Origin: Glaucostegus cemiculus
Lineage: Eukaryota
Length of the DNA stretch: 64,000 bases
NCBI GenBank assembly: GCA_976551045.1
Contig: CDPCPM010000125.1
Span: 1,550,001-1,614,000, forward strand
Direction: 5' to 3'
Every line of letters begins with the position of its first letter. The stretch's first letter is position 1. The translations under genes and the position numbers were made by a program. The notes below the pieces were generated by a model that saw only the letters and a program-made list of their open reading frames with translations, was not told where the DNA came from and made no database searches. Below are positions 13,501 to 28,500 of this stretch, one piece after another.

Positions 13501-16500
13501 GGTGACATTGTTGAGTCATAATTGCGGTGGACAAGAATGTATCCACAATTTAAAAAGATAAAGTGAAAGAAAGATATATGTTTTTTCGCGCTTTATAGTG
13601 CTTATTTTCTTCAAATTACAGAAAATTAAGAACATGTGGCTCGTTGTGCCTTCGGCAAGATCTTATTGACGGAATTTCAAGTCCACGGAACTATTGAGTC
13701 CCTGGGGGTTTTGGAATTCTGCGAATTCGAGGCTTGGTAAATCAAGTAAAGAAATCTGAAAATCTGATCTTTTTCACAACTGAAACTTCTTTAGATGAGA
13801 GAGGCATCGGTTGCTGCATTCAGCTTGGTTTCAATAGCAACTAGAGTCATTGAAGTAATGTTGAAATCACGAGAGCTGATAAATAGATGAAAGATCTAAC
13901 AGGGCCCATCAACATCGTGGTCAACACGAGAAAATGTTCCTGTTATTTGAAACGTGCTGTATTGAGTCCAGCTCAACAGTTAGCATTTATATACATTTTA
14001 TTTATCTCTCGCAGAACTGGAAACATTGAAAAATAATATCTACGACCGGGGTGAGTGCAAAATTAACGTGTGTTTGTCTGGCTCGTGCATATATTCAACG
14101 GAGCTCAACATAGTGGTGTTTTTAAACTTTGCATCCGAACAAAGATTGGAGTTTCTCAACGGACGAAGTGTTGCTGATAATTGAGTCACTACGAAGCCAA
14201 AACAATGTTAATCGCAGATGTTAAGATGGAAATGATATCATTTGAAGTTAGCAGAGAAATGAAAGAACAAAGGACAATATTTTAAATTTCAGTGTGTTTC
14301 TGGTTTATGAGACAGCGATTGGATATTTTAGTTACATTGCCTTTTGGATAAGCAGCTTCTGAAATGTTTCATTTTCTTTAAGTGGAACGCATCAGAAAGG
14401 ATACTCTTCAAAGCCTGCAGCATAAATATACTGGAATGGAGCTTAGAAGATTAAGCAGTGTTTTTGTTAAATGTAATTGGTTCATTGCAGAACTACTGGT
14501 AAAAAACTGAAGTAACGTTGGTTATTTACTGCAAATGGCTGTCGAAGTTTAGACTGATTAATGGAAGGGTATACATTTCTGAGACAAAGTAGTATGACAT
14601 TTCCACCATCCACGAATATGTACGTGTACAATCAATGTCGAACATGAAAAGGGAGTTAATCATTGTGTGATATGGACGAATGCTATCGCTGAATAACGTG
14701 GATGAATGCAAAACAAACGAAACATATTCAAGAAGGAATATGTGAAAATAAACGTTATATTTATATAATGTCTCTCCATTCCCAGTTGCACCAGGTCCTG
14801 CATCTTAAAAAAGCAATTCTATAAAACCATTTTTCTTGGAAGCAGCTTCTGTTGAATGGAGAAACGTAGACAGCAGTTCTTCAATCGATTGGGCAGTTTT
14901 ACAAAATCTTTACGAAATTGGGTCCTGGCTTTCGGATTACAGAACAGCCGGTTTTCCTGGTCTGATCAAGATTTTTTTAAAATCTGATTGCATTGTTTAA
15001 GAAGATAATCTTATGATGTATGTACAGAAACAAGAGCAATTGGTCTCGAAATACGGTGGGATAAGATGACATCATCTTGAAGATTATTTCTACCACAAAA
15101 TAATTTTAAAATAATGTTTGATTAATACACTCTGCAACTATTGCCATGAAAGCAACGTACGGGGTGATGATAAATATATGAAAGCTGCAAAATTATATGG
15201 ACCATTCAGTCTCTGCCCCTTCCATTCAATCTAAATGGCTCTTCGTTGTCTAAATTGATCTACAGCCTAAGTAAAAGAGACATAGACATTTTTCCAGCCG
15301 TTAGGGGAACTCGCTTTCTCTCTATATATTGAAACTAAATATTTCCACTAAAAGCCATCCAGCTGTGATATTGGTCCAGCTTTTCGCTATCCATTAGTAT
15401 GATATGTTTGGAAGGCTCATAGTGCTAGAATTAATAATAAATGACGCAGAAAAATAAGTGTAACCACTCTCCACCTGTTCCATTAACCCATGTGATCTGG
15501 TGTCGCACAATCACAGAAATGCGCTTTGTCCGATCCATCCATTCCAGCGCCTTTTCTGCAACGAAAACACACTTTTAATCTCTCTGTCCCTGTTTTGACG
15601 AATGACATCTTAACTGCTACGTTAACTTTGTTTCCCTTACTGCAGATGTTACCTGATCTGATCAGTGCTTCCAGCATGTACTGGGGATTTTTATGACAAA
15701 GAAGATTTATTGCAAAGGGCATCCAATGCATCCACATTATCCCTTTTTTTCTGTTTACTTTGTACCTGTAATTTATTATTGCAAATAAACAGGACCATCA
15801 GTATGACGGCGAAACTTAAATAAAGTGAGTTTATCTTGAACCACTATATCAGAATTCCGGCATGGGAACATGTGTAAAAGGCGAGAGTTTTAGAATAAAC
15901 TGGATAATTTTGTATGAATGACTGAGCTGAAGTAATTTCACTGCTTTCCCCTTTCCATATAGGTTCTTTGTAATTCCAATAATGTGAATACGTTATTTTG
16001 CAGAACAAAGTCTGAGCAGAGCAGAAAAAAGTAAGTAAAATCATGTCTGCTATAAATTTCAGCAGATAACAAATATAAAGAGGTGAGAATGCATCAAATC
16101 GCATGGATAGATTTCAGAGAAGGCTGTTCAAGAAAGCGAGGAATGAAAGCAATGCAGCATACGCTCATAGCTTTAGATCAGAGAAAGTGGCAGAAGGTTC
16201 GAAAAGGATGGACCAGCTGACCTGTCTTTGTACATTATTTCCTATTTAAATAGCCATTGTTTTTTCCTTTTGCTCGGGACAGGGAGTAACGGCAGCCACT
16301 AACTGGTCATCCCTTATTTCCGACCGCCAAAGAAAAAAACGTAATTATTATGAAGCATTCACTTTCTGATCCAAAAGCTCCAGCGAACACGCAACCCAGA
16401 ATAGAAAAGGCATCACGGTTTCAGCCTGACCATTAGACTCATGTTTTAGAACACCTCATAGTATTACATTCAAGAGAAACGATGGAGATATTGAAAAGTA

Positions 16501-19500
16501 CTTTCTGGTGTATACTTCGGAATCATCATCATCAGAAACAGCTTAGTTGAATTGCTCACATTGCTGTTGTCTGTAAACTGACAGGCGCATTTCCATTCAT
16601 AACTAATTGTATGACTGTCATCAGCTCTGGAACGTGGAGAGATTTAGAACATTGCGCACATGTGCAAAATGGGCATTATTTCATCCCTTTTTATTTTTAC
16701 TGGTATCTAGCACCGTTTAAACGACTGAATAATTTCCATACTATCTGATGCTTCATTAGTACACTGCTAACTGGAGGGCTTTGTGTGGGTGTAATTCAGA
16801 GCACAGGTCCTAAATTCCTTCCCGCAGATGATGTCAAATTGCTCCCTACACTTCCCTACCTTTTGATCATAAGAACAGTCGCGTTGCCATTTGTTAAAGA
16901 TGTCATGCCGCAGTTTCTTGCAATTGCAGTAATCCATAGATCTAGATTAATTACCATAGGCTTCTGGATTAGCATAAACGAGTTGGGCCAAAAGGCCTGC
17001 TTCCGTGCTATATAACCATACGGCTCTATTGCTTTATGACGACGGAGCTACCCATAACAGCAGCTGGGATATATAAATGACAGGAAATGCATAAAACGAG
17101 AATAACATTTATTATCAATAATCGATAATTAATTAGGTTCAGAATTAATTCTGTTACATATATATAAACCTTCCATTTGTTAATAGCCTCTTAAATCGCC
17201 AAGTGAATTGCATCAACTTTACTGCGAATATCAATGAATGAACAAAGTGGGTTTACTTTCCGTTAGGAACCTGACCGTTTTATTAGACAACGCTGTAGAC
17301 ACTCTGGACAAAACCTCGTCATCCACATCTGGGGAATGCTGGGGAAACAAAGCTGGAGGTAAGTTAAGCCACAATGTGACTTAGGGAGACCTCTTGCTTC
17401 TTTACCTGACAAGAGGTTTTGAAAAAGTTGATCATGCAGTCCACCTCCAAGTGCTCCCTTATTGGCCGCGAACCACACAAACAGTTTATTTCTCCTGCCT
17501 CTTGATATTCTTGTGGTTTTGTGCAGTATATTCAAAACGGGACCGAGGCAATGATTTCAAGAGGATTGACACGAGATCTTACTTTTTATATGCCGAATAT
17601 ATCGAGAGCTGCATCTTATCTCTTATTGAATCGACTGACATTGTCCAATATCAAACAAGCTGTCTGTCTTATAAGCCGGCTTTGCCCTTCCTTCATCATA
17701 ATTAAAAATATAGAAATGCTAGTTGTCGCTCAATGTACCTTTCTTTGTCGGGAATGATTGGTATTTTTTTGGAATCCAGTGAACGGAATGAGAACATTTT
17801 CTGCTTTTTAGGTATAGGAAAGCTGAAAGACTACATCGAGGATATCGGTGAGGAAGACCACATATTTAACAAATTATCGTTTCAAACAAACCGTGTAACC
17901 CCAATCCTGGCCACGCTCAGTAAGCAACACATATCTCTGCGAAAGCCGAAACGTTGGAATAAACTGAATAAACATTGGATAAACGAACAAAATACTTCCA
18001 ATGAAATGTTTAGCTGAGATTCGGAAGACAACGTGTTGACGAGATGTAGCATTGATGTTGCAACATTTTATTTCGATTAGTTAAAAGGTGCTGAATATTG
18101 AATGTGTGATACAACGCGTTCTGAAAGCTTTCCGTCCTTCCTGCTGGGCCTTTCATTCCACCAAATACTTTTTCTAATATGTAATTTTACAATTATAATG
18201 CAGACATGCTAATTAAATAAGATAACTGAAGACTTGCACAGTATACCTGTGCATTTAGAATATCCAGGCCAGTCAGGACGTCGAAGACTGTGTGGGATTT
18301 GTTGCAAACGCGAAAATAGCAAGAAATGACTAAATAACACAGAGGCATCATCATCAAATATATGTGAATCTTCAAAGATCTTACTTGTCAATTCAGCACT
18401 GACTCTAGCCAGTTTGCTTCGCTTGCGCTGATTAACGGGTATGCCATAAATCAACTTTTTGAAGGGAGGATGGGACCTCAACTAACTTAAATCTACAGCT
18501 TCTACTGTTAAATTTGGAGCTGAAGAGGTAGTACAGCTATTAAAGTGTCCACCCGTAATCAGCATCTCCTATGCTGATATAAGCATGTGATAATATGCAG
18601 ATGATTTTTATTTTTACTGCCATCCTGGGTATATTTGCATGGTAGATACTAAGAAAGGTGATAGCCTGAATATATTGCTCAACGATTTAATTTAGTGACA
18701 ATTACTAATACATGACTTGACATGAATTATAAGTTCATCATGACTTGAACTAAATACAAATTTCTTAAAGCCGTTTTATTCAAAATGGAATGGATATTCT
18801 TCTCTTGTGTGTCATGCGATCCGATATACTCCTCAGAGATGTTCACTTTGAAAGCAAGTAGTATGAATGAATACTGGGAATCACATGAACAAGTGGCCTT
18901 TGTAACTTCGGCTAAGACCAAATTCCAGCCCAATAACTGCGTTGATCTATATTTTCTTTCAACTAGAACTAAAACTCAACAAGAAAGAAAAAGGTGAGCA
19001 GTGAGTTTTGGTTTTATTTTATCGAATCAGCATTACATATTTTGCTACTGAATCTCGATGTGCACCAGCGAGATCAAAACACTTGAGTTGAGTCCGTGAT
19101 AGACCCAATACAACGTTGCATTTAGCTTGCCATTAAAAGTGTCTAGATTTTTAAATNNNNNNNNNNNNNNNNNNNNNNNNNNNNNNNNNNNNNNNNNNNN
19201 NNNNNNNNNNNNNNNNNNNNNNNNNNNNNNNNNNNNNNNNNNNNNNNNNNNNNNNNNNNNNNNNNNNNNNNNNNNNNNNNNNNNNNNNNNNNNNNNNNNN
19301 NNNNNNNNNNNNNNNNNNNNNNNNNNNNNNNNNNNNNNNNNNNNNNNNNNNTCCCTGGGCTGTCATAGTAAATCGCATTGCTTTGTCCGTCCTCTGTGGT
19401 CACATCTTCCCTTTGTAATACTTCCTTCCTGCTTGACTTGGATATTTCTTTCTTATTTTCTCCTTCATGTAATAGATGATTTATCCTCATCTGTCCTTAT

Positions 19501-22500
19501 TCTATCCTTGGTCATTTTGTCAATGCTTCGTTAAATTTGTCTTTTCTTTTATCTTTTTCATCTTAAGGGTAGCAATCTACATCGTTCTATTTCACAATGT
19601 GCATATTCTACGAGCTTGTAACAATTTAATTTCTTTCACATGTTTCCACTTTTTTTTCTTTTAGAAGTTGGAAAACTGAAAGACAATCTGAATGATACAG
19701 GTCAATGGAAACGTTTTGACTATAATTTATCTCAACCAAACTGGAAGACAAATTGCTGCGGTTTCGCCGGTGTGGACTAAAAATGTTTCGATTAAAATAT
19801 ATGATACATGATTTGCTACTTTTCCTGGATAATAAAAACATGACTGGAGTCGATGTTTAAATGGAATGAAAATTCATGTTTAAAAAAAGGATGGCGAATT
19901 GTTGAAGCTGCCACCAACATAGCCAACATTAAATATAGAGGAGAGTTAATATTAATTTACTCCCAGCGACATATCGTGCTTAACAAAAACTGGTGGAAGG
20001 GAAACAAATAATACATACTAGCTTCGACACCGAACTTGTTCGCAGGCAGATGGCAAAGGAAGGGAATATAGTTTTTCTTCGGTGAAGACTCAGTGTTTTA
20101 CCCCATTTAAATTTACTTTGCTTCCTCGGCTATCCCATTAAAATTTGATCGGAAATTGGGGCGAGAGGATTATAAACTTGCAAAAGAACACTCATGAAAT
20201 AAACACTTTGGAGAAAACACATTTATTCCATTATCATTGTGTTGCAATTGGAGTTCAAAATGAAGAACCAGTAGTGCCACGTGGACTTGAATAGTAATAG
20301 GTGCGTAATGGAGCATAATACGTAGAATGCACGCCGCACCATGTTGGTCTTGCAGGTGTTCAAGCGTCGATTCACCAAAAAGATATTCTATAAAGATTTT
20401 TTTAAGGTGTCGAAGCGCGTGACAATGCTTGGCTTTCCACGACAGTAAATTAGGAAGAGTTTGACTAGATACCAAACAATCGTATCGCTGGTGTGTGAGT
20501 CGAGGACAAATATGCGAGTTATTAAGTCGTACAGTATTTATGTCAGGATGGAGTTTGCAATTTAACTTACACTGCTCGTTGCTATAACTGACTGACCAAT
20601 TCAGCGAGGATCTTGTGGAACAGGAACACCAGAAGTATGTTGATCAATGTTTTTTGAGGCATGTAGCTTACGTGGAAATGTCTATCTGCGATGAACTGAG
20701 ATCATTTTTTTTTAAGTTTTATTTACAGTGTGATAACAGGCCCTTTCGGCCAAACGAGTCCACGCCGCCCATTTTAAACCCCCAAATTGTCCTACCCGTA
20801 CGTCTTTAGAATGTGGGAGGAAACCGGAACACCCGGAGGAAACCCAAGCAGACACGGGAGAACGTACAAACTCCTCACAGTCAGCGACGGGAATCGAACC
20901 CCGATCGCTGGCGCTGTAACAGCGTCGCGCTAACCGCTACGCTATCGTGCCGCCCCCACGACACTTCTTTTTCATGACATTTCTTTCTTCAGAGGTGCCA
21001 AATCTTTCAAATTTACTGCCAGAGAAGATTGTAGAGGCCCCGTCGCCTTATATATCTAAGAACGAGAAAATTTAAAGTTGTCATAGAAGGCTATCGTGAA
21101 AAAGCTGAGAAATGGTATTGAAATAAATAATCGGCCATCACTGTAAGAAGTGGTAGAACAAGTCGAAAGGTCAAATAGCCCATTCCTGTCCTGTTTCTTA
21201 TGTTACTATGGATAAATATGTTCCTTTAATTTTTGGGGCCAGGATTTTTTTTTAAATCTGATGTTTATTTAAATTCCTTCGACAAGCATACAAAGACTGA
21301 GTGAAAAACTAAATGGAGATATTGGGATGCTGAACAATTTACACCTGTTCTTAGGCTAAGACAAATGGTATGGTTAATGCTGAAGTGCAAACACCCGACT
21401 GTGTTCATTTCTAAATTAATGGCATTGAGAGGTGAAAACTTTATTTAAGGTTGAACTTCATTGTTTGGAATATGCAGACTGGCATATAGACAAATAGATT
21501 TTTTCTACAATTTATTTGTGGGTTTAATGCAAGATCCCCAGTAGATTTTGCCTTGAAGCTTTCTCTTATCTAGTGGTCTTAGATATATGATGGTCATTAA
21601 GTGTCCGATTAAGTATTCGTGGCAAACATTGTTATCCAGAGGCTCTTCATTTTTGTGGAATTTGATTAAGCATAATGATCGAGGCCACTTCTGTATATTT
21701 TTTCAAGGATAAGTTTAAGTTTCCCATGCAAATAGGGATCGTGGTGATGTAGATAGAGTTCGGTGCGGTTCACATGAAACATAGCATTCAAATGTTTAGT
21801 TACGCTGCTTAAAAATACACGAGCCAAAGGGAACAGACTTGCTGTAAATAGAAAGATATTTTGGAAATATTGTGTAATATCAAATAAATGTTTGGGACAA
21901 GGCAGATTCTGGTGATTGTTTGCATTCATCCGTAAAGTAAAGGCGAGTACAGGGTTCTGGTCGTTGTGAAGGTTTTGCCAGACCACAGGAGGATATGGTA
22001 TCCTACGTATTAGAATCTCATCAATACCTAATCCCACATAACTACTATACCGATGCTGGACGTTTATAGAGTTAGATTTTGTAGTCGTTTGTTGTAGTTC
22101 ATAAACTAATAAACAGTGTATTCAAACCTGTAAGGGCTACGCGATGAAACATAAAAGAAATCCATGCCAGTATTACAATAACAGGAATAAGATCTTCGAT
22201 ATATATTCCGTCAGCTTGATCAATTGCTATGTTTGCCACTGCAGTAAATGAATATTCTTGCTGTCAAACTGTAAAAGCACGATCACGTTTTCTGTTGAAT
22301 TTGTTACAAAAGCAATCCAAAGAGTAGCGATTCCTCGGTTTCAGATGATTTATCGACTGCTTGCTGTCGCTTTTTTGTCATCATTTGCATAAATGATTAT
22401 TATGTCTTCATTTTGACTCAGAACAAAGATTGGGCAAAAAAGAGAAAGGTACTGATGCATTTCTTTCAGTGACAATGAGAACGGATTGGAACATACTAAA

Positions 22501-25500
22501 AGTAGTTTCACTTCATTGGACTCATAGAATATGGTCATTTTTATAGTACGATCAGCAACACTAATGCGACTATTCGAATTAGAAACAAAAAACATACTCA
22601 GTTCATCAAATCTGCTCACCTATTTAATAAGGCTATGGCTGATTAGATTGTAATCTTAACTCTGAATTCCCTTTTACCTACATCAATATTTCAAACACTT
22701 TCTCAGAAAGAATCTGTCTACTTTCACCTTGAAAGTATACAGAGAATCTGCTTCCATATGGGTTGATGAAGTGATTTGATTTCAATATGCGGAACAGTCT
22801 TAGAGAATGAAGAAATTGCCTTATTTCCGTTTCAAGTGGCACGCCATCAAGCAGTAGCACTTCATTCTAGATTCTCCCAAAGCAGAAATATCTGAGCTTC
22901 ATTCACACTGCCCAGACATCGTGGGTTGTGATATGATTCAATCAAGCCCTGTCTGACTCTTATAAATTCTTCCTAATTCCAACCGATACAAGCCTAGACT
23001 GTCGAAACTTTACTCTGAAGACACCGAATCAATTCTCGATATTAGGTACTAGCCTATTCAATCTTTACATTTGTGAAGAAAGGTGAAATTTGGAAATTCT
23101 TGTATTTGATCCATTTGTACAGCTGCAGTTCATCAATATGTTTAACCAAACAAGGGTGCTTGTTCCTTCCCCACCGCTCTGAAAATTCCCTGATCCTTGG
23201 TGTAACACACAATCTATTCATCTGCTGAAGATCAGCCTGTCACTCAATAAAAGTCGGGGAATATATGAAGGAAAGTATAATTTATTTTGTCCCAGCTTGT
23301 TTTCACTTCATGCCTGATTCATTTTTAGAATGTCTTACCTTGCTCACAGCCGAAACGGTAGATATGGTTTGGTAAAATAATTTTTTAAAAAAAGAAAACA
23401 CTGAATAAATCACCAAAAAATTAATATGTAAGATACCATACATGGTATTTAGTGCACGGATTCTGTTATTTGCTATGAAATTTTGTATTTTTAACTAAGT
23501 GAACATTATAAAATCGTGAAACGTGTTATAATTGTGGATGTAGAGTCGCACCTCTCGCATGTGGGGAAGTTCCAATGTGAGACACTAAAAGTAAGATTAT
23601 AAGGAGACCAATTCTCATAAACTTGTCTACCTGCAGAGTACTTAGATTGTGGAAGTAAATCCTTCTTGGAAGCATCAAAGCGACTAGCCTACAAGGGTTG
23701 AAGGATGTGTTCTATAGGTAGAAAACTAAGGGTCAACAAATTCACATCCTCTCAATTTATACCCACACGGTTTGTTCGTATCTTGATATTAATGCAGTTA
23801 GTGCGAGGAAATATCAATATTCGGAGTCATCCGGCTTTTTCTATGCTGTAGTGAATATTACTTTGGAGTCAGAGTAGGTTCAGTAACGAAGGAAACAAAG
23901 AAGGCAATCAGTGCACAGCAAGGTCTCACAAGGAGGCATGGTTAAAAATTAGATCGTGTGCTTTCGAGAACAAAACTGCTCACCCAAGGCGATGCGTTGC
24001 GGGGGTGGAGAGGAATGGGGGATGTACGTGGAACGGGAAGGGGTGGAAGCCAAGATTTGCGTTTTATGCGTGGGTTATTTAATTTGCACCTAAAATCCCA
24101 AGTCAATATAATAACGTTCCGTCAAAAATAATGCAGCATTCTCTCGAGGTTGGTGTTCAACATCTGAACACAGACTTTGTGCTCATTTACATAATGAATA
24201 CCTTTGTCAATGGAATCAGAATAGTAACTCACCTTCAGCTGAATCCCATTACGTGCGATTTTTTTTCAGATGTGGAAAAACTTAGAGCTAATCTTCAAGA
24301 AGCAGGTCAGCGGAAATATTTGATTTCATCTTCCAACAATAGCAAAGGAGCCTGTTTATTTTATTCCTCGTTCCACCCAGCGTTTGTTGTGTGCGATATC
24401 ATCCTTCTTTTCATACAGCAAGAAGACCGATCAGATCGGGGCTTCTACTTCCAAATAATTGCAGTAAACAAGATATATGTGGATTGAACATCTGACTGAT
24501 TCCCCTCACTCAAGTGTCCGGTGCAAGGTTCAGGCCTCACGTACTGGAGCCCTGCCTCCGGATCATCCTTGATAGTCCCTAACAAAACGCAAGGTGGGGT
24601 CACATTTGTGTCAAGAATAATGAGTTGGTCTAAGATAGCGTCATTGCCTTTGTCAATGGCAGCATTTCGAACACTACAATTCATTTTACTAATTAAATTC
24701 TGAAAACGGATTCTGCCAAAAATTTATGACCAACACAAACTGAACAAAAGGCTTACCGTTTACCACTTTCGTTTCTCGTTTTCAAGAGGACACTCCTCTC
24801 TTGTTTACTAACCTTTTTAATTGTTTAATAAAACTGGAAATCCCAGTTTTTCAAGAAACAGCTGTGCACACAGGTTCGGATCGAATGCTTTCATTCGAAC
24901 CCTTTCATCGGTAAACTGGGCAGAATCACTAAAAACATATTAAACTGTAATCCCTATTAAGCAGGACGAGAACATATTTTTCAGATTAACTGAGTATTTG
25001 GCCTTGTACGAGGTCTGACTTGGCGCAATGTAAAAGAAGTCAAATCCGGCACAATACTGGGGAATCCCAGCAAGACCGATTTAGATTGCTGGACATGACG
25101 GTACATGATGACACATGCTATTGTATCCGTCACTCCATCTAATTAACCTCGTGTTAATTTCGTCATCAGGGAACTCACCATCACAGCCTTCGGAACAATG
25201 CAAATCGTTGTTGAATAGTTCAGTACTTTAGCGTAAAACACACATGTCAGTCTCACAACATAATTAATATAAAATAAATCAGTTTCACTGTCCTAGCTAA
25301 CACAACCATTTATCCAAATTTCACTTTCACTAATGACACTCGGCTCTTCCTGTTCAGAAGCTCTCATTCCGCTCTCTCAGCCTAAATTTGCCAAAACATC
25401 AAATGTCAAATGAGCAGAACTTTGTTGAATGAAACATTAAGATCATAATTTCTGGAATCATTACTTTTTACGATTCAGCAACCGAATTCATCTCCGTTGC

Positions 25501-28500
25501 CTGAGCTCGGCCAGAACACCTTAAAAATATATTATCTAATTTGGAGAGAACTTGGCTTCGAAAAGAGTTCAAGTCAGTCAGACTTAGTTCAGCGTGCCTG
25601 TTGTCTTCGCCCTCACCAAATTTTTGTCTTTGTTTTCTATGCACTTGAATATTACAATGCGTTCCTGGAAGTCTGCTACTATCCAACATACAAAAACAGA
25701 AGTTTCTACTTATCTGCAGGGTATGGCGGCTCTACAAAACTTAGATATTGAATTTGCCTTCGTTTTAAATCCAAACATGACTGCAGATTGGCCTTTCCTT
25801 TCTCCATAACTTCCCTTTGCCCTGCAGATACCTATGGTCTCCAATCAGTTACAGCTTTGGCCTCTGCAAGTGTTTCTTTTATCTCTTCTTTCCGTATTCC
25901 CAATATAGCTTTCCATCAATTTATACTTCTCTTCCCATTTATTTCCGTTTCTCATCATGTTTCATTCTCGTCTACAAGTGAATACCTATCTTGTCTGCTA
26001 CTCTTTTATGTATTTTTAATTGTCCCGGAAATCATCGCCGACTCAATACTATTGGCTTGGTTCTCCTTAAAATCCTTTTGCTTTTTTTCTACATCCTGCT
26101 CTCCTTCATCCTTTTCTCCACATCTCCTCATTGTTCCGACTTTAGAGCGGTAGAGGTAAAGGAGGTTACGAGGCTGAACGAGGGCATTTGGCCCATTAGT
26201 TAATTATTTTTCTTTATTCTCCATCACCTTAGTTCTGCGCTTTCCTTTTCATTTCCAAACAGTTTCTGGCTCTATTTTAGAAACCACTGTCATATCTGGC
26301 AGTGAAATCCTTACCATTCGCTCCACAAAAAAATTACTTCCCTCGTGTTACTATCAGTTATTTCAACAGTAGTATTCATAGTATACTTTTCAATTACAAA
26401 TCCATTTGTCAATGGGAACCGTTTCCCCTTATTTATTCTGTCTATACGTTGCACGTTTTAACAGTTCTATCAGATCCCCACTCAGCCGTCTCTTTCTAAC
26501 GAGAACACGAGATTCTCCTGCATATCACGATGACTGAGGTGACCTTGCCCTAAAATTATCCTAGTGAATCCTTTCCTTTCCCTCCCTTAAAATGGCACGT
26601 CATTAAATCCTTACTCTTTTATCAATGCTCCCTCTGCCATATTCCAACGACTAGTCCAGCGCCTCTCCGCAGAATCCTTATGCTTTTAACCATTCTCTCA
26701 TCCTACAATTTGGTTCATAACAATGCATGCATATTTTTCTGTTCATTTATGCTTCTTAAATTATGGCCTCTTGTTTAAGCAGCGCTTTGCACTCTTCCGC
26801 ATTATTTCATTCTCCACGTCCCCATCTATTTCCTCCAATTATGTCCATATGAAGTCAACTGCAATTATCCAGTTTACTGCCATTCCAAATTCTATGTCGC
26901 CTGCAGATTTGGAAATAGTGAGTGCCTTGTACACGGGATCCCAATCGATTATTTTTTAAGGAGAAAGACGAGCTCACGCCTGATTCTCTCGGAAGACCAC
27001 AGCTACTTTCTGCTTAATGACTTTCAATTTCCTCTTCATGCTTCACGCGAGTCTTCCTCGGGTCTAATCTAGATGACAGAGCTCGTATGTGGCGTTCTAA
27101 CAAACGGCTTTTAAACGTCCATTGCCACTCATCAGAGACACAAAAACTTCTGCAGACGGAGGAATCTGGAGCAATACACAAAACAAAATGCTGGAGGAAC
27201 TCAGCAGGTCAGGCAGTATCCGTGGACGGAAAGAACCAGTCGAAACCCTTCATCAGGACTGGAAAGGAAGAGGGCAGAAGCCAGAGTAAAAAAGTGGGGA
27301 AAGGGGGAGGAACAAACGGAGGCAGGTGATACGTAAGTTTAGGTGATAGGCGAGTCCAGGTGAGAGGGGAATGGTAGGAGGGGGGGAGAGGGGGAGAAAT
27401 TGTAATAAGCTGAGAGGGGATAGGTAGAAGAGGCAAAGAGCTGAAGAAGAAGGAGGGGGCAGAGGACCATGGAATAAAGCATGGAGGAGGGGAGGACAGG
27501 AGGTGACCAGGTCATCAAGGCGGAGGAAGGGAGCCACGGGAATAAGGGGATACAAAGGAGTGGTTGGGAGAAAAAGAAAGGGTGGGATTACCGGAGTTAG
27601 AGAAATCAATGTTGTGACCATCAGGTTGGAGACTCCCAAGGCGGAATATGAGGTGATGTTCCTCCAACCTGCGTCTGGCCTCAACCTGGCAGTGGAGGAG
27701 GCCATGAATAAACATGTCAGTCGGGGAGTGGAATGTGGAATTGAAGTGGGTGCCCTCCGGGTGGTCCTGGCTGTTGCGGCGGACGGAGCGAAGGTGCTCC
27801 ATTAATCAGCTCTTTTTCCATTTCTGACCTGTGTGGTTACTTCATAAAAAAAAACAAAATACATTAGCAGAGGTATTCGCAGTTTGAGCTTCAGGTTTTG
27901 AAACTTGAGCGCCTCCTAGATGCACAACGAAGTATACACGTTATTGAAGCTTCCATAGATAACGCTTTATTAAAAACGGTCTCTGCATGTCTTAAGGAAA
28001 TTGAGACAGTAAGAATGAGTGAGCACCGGGCGGAGGAAGGAAGGCAGGCATTTCATCAGGGAAGTCTTGAATATCATCTCCCTTCGAAACTTATTTTCTC
28101 CGTGCTGAGTCACAGTGGGGTGAATGTATCTCTGAGGTGTCAAGCCAGAACTAAAGTCGTGGCACGATGAGTAGCTCAGCTGCAAAAGAGGAGGTGAATT
28201 TTAAAGGGAATAGTATTGAGAGACTCGACAGAAGCGGGGAGAGACAGGCTTTTGTACAGCTTCAGACGTGAGTCCAGGATGCCATTTTGTCTCCCTCTTT
28301 GTCGGGTCCAGGATGTCACAGAATGCTTGCAGGACATCCCAAAGGGAGAGGGAGGGGGTAAACAGCAGGTTTACTGGTCCACGTTGGTACTAATGACATA
28401 GGTAAAACGAGTTTGATGTCCTTCGAAGTAACTTTAGGGAGCTAGCTCGGAGATTAAAGAGCACGCCCTATAGAGCTCTGGATTGATTCTGGTACTACGT

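Noticed and set aside
20880-20955. tRNA-like sequence with A and B boxes
   Set aside because: It is the head of a SINE (continues into V-domain and tail), not a tRNA gene.
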